NCBI GenBank assembly: GCA_964646855.1
Contig: CAZYHQ010000001.1
Location: 3,414 to 67,413 of the forward strand
Direction of reading: 5' to 3'
DNA: 64,000 bases
DNA from: an uncultured archaeon
Lineage (GTDB): Archaea > Aenigmatarchaeota > Aenigmatarchaeia > CG10238-14 > SCSR01
Positions 61,501 to 64,000 of this stretch are shown here, piece by piece. The notes below the pieces were generated by a model. That model saw only the letters and a program-made list of their open reading frames with translations, did not search any database and was not told the DNA's origin. Numbering within the stretch: position 1 is the stretch's first letter; the number at the start of each line of letters is the position of its first letter. Made by a program: the position numbers and the translations under genes.

Positions 61501-63575
61501 TATTCAGTTGTTATCTTTTTCAGCAGGAATGGAGTGGTAATGTTTTTCTCCCATGTCCAGAACTGGGTAGTAGTCTCGTTCTTGTAGGCTACCACAAGGT
61601 CTGCAAACCCGTCGCCATTGACATCAGCAAGCCTCCTGCCTTTATTCTGGCCATGACTCAGAAGAATTTCATTTACATTCCAAGAGTCATTTTGCAACCA
61701 GCCAGTGCCGTTGTTTATCCAAACATGTTTTTCTGTATTTGTGCTGTTTTCCATCCCAACCACAAGGTCTACCAACCCATCCCCGTTTATTTCCAAAAGT
61801 CTGAGACCTGTATCGCCATTATCTACAAAGTTCATCGGAATATCATTCCAAACAGAGGAATTTTCCCAACCATTGCCGTTATTCAGCCAAGCACGTTTCG
61901 TCTGACCACCGCCCCATTCTCTGTAGGATTCGATTATATCTGGAAGACCGTCGCCATTGACGTCTTCAACTCTTACTCCCTTGTCTGTGTTGCCATCCAT
62001 GAAGTAAGTCGGCGGCAGCCAAGTTGCGGTCGCGTCTGTCCAACCTTTTCCTGTGTTCAGCCATGCCGATTTGTTTTTTGGGCTCTCGAAAGTGTTTTCC
62101 CTAGACATCAAAATGTCCACTCTGCCGTCTCCGTTGAAGTCGGTGAACAGCACACCGAAATCAGGGATTCCCGTAGAACTTCTAACAAAATCTATGGGTG
62201 GCTTCCAGATGCTAGATACATCAATCCATCCGTTGCCGTTGTTCATCCACGCTTTTCTCTCTGAAGGGTAAGTCGCATCGGCACGAAGTATGTCAACAAA
62301 CCCGTCGCCGTTGAAATCCACAAGCCTGAAACCGTAATCTTCCTGCAGAGGACCGAGGAACTCAATCGGCGGAGCCCATACAGAACTCGCGTCAGTCCAA
62401 TTGTTCGCACCGTTGTTGAGCCAAGCCTTTTTTGCAATATTGCCGCCACTGAAGTCCCTGCCCTGTATCATATCGACGTAACCGTCCCTGTTCAGATCCA
62501 CCAGACGCACGCCATCATCTTCAATGGTGTCTGAAAACTCGACTGGTGCAATCCAGACTGTCGTGCGGTTTCTGTAACCAATCTCTGGATAATGATATGC
62601 AAAGGAAACTTGGTGCAGCAAAGATGTACCATCTGAACCAAAATATTTTATTTTTGCAAGCGAGAACGACGACTGTTCCGCGCTCAAATTTGCATATTCG
62701 AATCTGTAATTTCTTACGGCCAACCCGTTAGCCCAAACGACTATCTCCGAAAGTCTCCTGCTTTGGTTTACGTAATGACCCTGTTCGATTACCAACCTTC
62801 TAGCGCCTGTAGCCTCGTAACTGAAATCTACCTGCCTCTGTTGGTCGTTGTTGTAGACAATCTGCGAAGGATAAGTAACATTCCTGTCTTCTGGATTCGA
62901 GTTTTCAAGATACGAGTAAATTATCTTGTTGTCGTGAGTGTCCTTGACTTCGTCCAAGTACCAGCGGAGCGAATAGTTTCTTGCCACAGTAGACTCCAAC
63001 TCGGAATCATTGTTGTAACCAAACCTGTATCGCATGCCGTCTTTCGTTGTGACAACCCAATAAACGCTGTTGTTATTTGGAGCGCCTGTCAGGTTTTGTA
63101 CTTTCAAAAACGATTCCATTTTTGTGTGGTAAAGACCATCAGATGAGTCGTAAACCAAATCGTAAGAAGCATCGTTGAAAATTAATTTGAATTCGTCGTC
63201 GCTAACATTGCTGGGAGTGGAGTTTACGTCTCTGTATACGTAGTTCTGTGTGATTGACCAACCGGAACCCAGCAAACCGCTTTGTTTTGCAGACTGGCTG
63301 TTATAGGACAGTGCAACCGACGGTTGCAGACCGTTCGTGCCAGACGGCGTTTCAATTGAATACGTATAAGTCGCCGCACCTGGGAACAAATTAGTTGCGT
63401 AACTTCCGTACAATTTTAATTTCGGATGCTCGGGAATCTGCGGTTCATGCAGGTAGGGTTTGTAAGGATCTGCGGCTGATGCATGTTGCACATTAAAAAG
63501 GAAAATCGTGAAAAATAAAATTGCGAAAACAACCTCGAAATTTTTTTGGGGTAAAATTTTCTGAATAAATTTCAC
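58587..63575 (-). CDS. secreted SpvB/FG-GAP/RHS polymorphic toxin with C-terminal HExxH metallopeptidase
   Basis: signal peptide; P.GTNGLQP...L.YNS and G.LG.GW; six DxNGDGxxD repeats; FRGF; YD repeats; RHS core HPDHLGST, ARYYNP, NNPIKYIDPTG; HEVGHFFGLDD..NIM. Confidence 0.93.
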   Translation of the reverse strand: MKFIQKILPQKNFEVVFAILFFTIFLFNVQHASAADPYKPYLHEPQIPEHPKLKLYGSYATNLFPGAATYTYSIETPSGTNGLQPSVALSYNSQSAKQSGLLGSGWSITQNYVYRDVNSTPSNVSDDEFKLIFNDASYDLVYDSSDGLYHTKMESFLKVQNLTGAPNNNSVYWVVTTKDGMRYRFGYNNDSELESTVARNYSLRWYLDEVKDTHDNKIIYSYLENSNPEDRNVTYPSQIVYNNDQQRQVDFSYEATGARRLVIEQGHYVNQSRRLSEIVVWANGLAVRNYRFEYANLSAEQSSFSLAKIKYFGSDGTSLLHQVSFAYHYPEIGYRNRTTVWIAPVEFSDTIEDDGVRLVDLNRDGYVDMIQGRDFSGGNIAKKAWLNNGANNWTDASSVWAPPIEFLGPLQEDYGFRLVDFNGDGFVDILRADATYPSERKAWMNNGNGWIDVSSIWKPPIDFVRSSTGIPDFGVLFTDFNGDGRVDILMSRENTFESPKNKSAWLNTGKGWTDATATWLPPTYFMDGNTDKGVRVEDVNGDGLPDIIESYREWGGGQTKRAWLNNGNGWENSSVWNDIPMNFVDNGDTGLRLLEINGDGLVDLVVGMENSTNTEKHVWINNGTGWLQNDSWNVNEILLSHGQNKGRRLADVNGDGFADLVVAYKNETTTQFWTWEKNITTPFLLKKITTEYGGTITIDSVSVQYNKSTQFNNTGNDSLSDLGFNIWVVRNVLQNNSMPGRFAVIANYTYNYSGGSYDYDNSEFRGFALTNETLPDKSLIVHYFHQDDARKGKEYKTEIYNSSRSLFSRAENFFNYTNISVGGNLYHKTFLLSQTNYFYDGSPIAPNITNVSYVYDSYGNVLHRNFFGDVNISGDEKYERYAYALNTSGWIVDRLSWYLLFASDNSTKVIETKYSYDNLPYSAAPIRGDLTEIDNWLDTGGNQKTKFAYDSLGNVIRETNPLGAETTYTYGLRDTTFTYPDRITNALFHTADYAYDIGTGNLIWQKQNEITNYFYYDIFGRIIKEVQPFDSYELPTKNYTYFFDGNTPEYIKISQRTSANKTSDTYFYYDGFGNFIQLKRPADNNRQIVKNFYYDGLGRVISESNPYFDTFSVSLSTPSSTVNATNYTYDTLGRVNFVLNPDSSNKTINFDHRTITAYDENGHRKAYVLDTYDRIKNVLEYNNDPVLGWNFESDIYNTSYEYDTSDNLVKITDSLGNIFSFTYDSLGRRTALIDPDLGNWTYTYNLAGNLIRQQQQGGGNLVTGDGFYREYDALNQLIIIRNGSTVSSPIIENYTYDPFGIRIKIERNDSASTKIYTPFKELMRIVNSSGTFDFTYIYQDGTLVARVNPDGSKYYYHPDHLGSTSLITNQNGNVVENTFYSPFGELLGGGSAENKLYTGQFKDSSCQFYYGARYYNPCIGRWHQPDVNVPNIYNSQSLNRFSYSLNNPIKYIDPTGRDAKLVIDDENKEIVVSTTIYIYGDAANADLAKQMEEDINFVWNQGFTYQSGGQTYNVRFDVKVAYVSSKPDYIPLYENAVEIFSISKRDKSIVPFGNLPLDNNYGRTGEWTTDREQYVHEVGHFFGLDDRLDAENIMNPGKFYHAKQENTNAIIDPYFKDEPKDTWTSFVGAVRWWFRPLDPFIDTWLTGKETHLIEPRTQSDLN

Positions 63576-63579
63576 CCTC

Positions 63580-63999
63580 CTAAGAAATTCTTGTAGCGTT
63601 TATGAAATTTTGGACTTGAGTCGTGGTTTCAGCAGAAGTTAGGTTCGTCATTTCTAAAACATACAGTGAAGTGCTTATGTTTGGTATACTTGTTAGCGCA
63701 TCGCTGCCGGTTAAGTAGTTAAATGCCCAGTACTGAGCTCCGTATTTAGTGACTTCATCGAACCTTCCTAACTTTTGGAAATTGGAGGCATTGCGTACAT
63801 AGATTTGCTGATCTGTGAATATTGGAGCAGTGCTGCCAAGAACATTTCTAATTCCGGTGTTAATTGCATTTCTTGCATCCGCTTCACTGGTATTTGGTGT
63901 ATTATTTAGATCGCCTGCCCCCCAAGAATAAGTAGGTTCTGGTATTGTAAAATTCCTTACTGCGAACCAGTCTAAAACATATCTTCCGCTCGGACCAGT
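63580..63999 (-). CDS. C-terminal part of a probable extracellular protein (DUF2341-like), start outside window
   Basis: open frame ...DWFAVRNFTIPEPTYSWG...QVQNFINATRIS*; many NxS/T sequons; stop 4 nt before the RHS start. Confidence 0.65.
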   Translation of the reverse strand, partial: TGPSGRYVLDWFAVRNFTIPEPTYSWGAGDLNNTPNTSEADARNAINTGIRNVLGSTAPIFTDQQIYVRNASNFQKLGRFDEVTKYGAQYWAFNYLTGSDALTSIPNISTSLYVLEMTNLTSAETTTQVQNFINATRIS

Positions 64000-64000
64000 T

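Noticed and set aside
61590..62510. Recurrent nucleotide motifs (ccgtcgccgttga etc.)
   Set aside because: Explained by six FG-GAP/VCBS protein repeats of the RHS gene

Overview
Archaeal chromosomal segment. Archaeal markers include fibrillarin/Nop5, Hel308, Hjc, Kae1, TrmI, a DP1-like gene and TATA-box promoters. A DPANN-type lineage such as Aenigmarchaeota is inferred, not proven. 1-19 kb: housekeeping genes, a small AT-rich islet with a HEPN-motif gene, tRNA-Pro(CGG), and a glyA-[membrane protein]-thyA-folA dTMP-cycle cluster. 19.2-24.1 kb: two winged-helix genes flank a 356-bp intergenic region (palindrome, AT-rich tract, 19-bp-period repeats; candidate origin or operator array). They are followed by an apparently inactivated DP1 (PolD small subunit) paralog and a Pol delta-like family B polymerase ending in a PolD-DP2-type Zn finger, i.e. 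a eukaryote-like catalytic + B-subunit polymerase pair. 26.3-55.6 kb: a 29-kb surface-glycan locus with three GT-C transferases and a natural-product-type deoxysugar toolkit (2,3-dehydratase, 3-ketoreductase, C-methyltransferase, aminotransferase). 55.6-64 kb: a Sec-secreted SpvB/FG-GAP/RHS toxin locus with a HExxH metalloprotease tip, a membrane-anchored candidate immunity gene and a duplicated RHS scar. A second secreted gene appears to carry the YD-repeat segment missing from the main RHS shell (possible split RHS shell). All calls come from motif recognition by eye; no searches were run.
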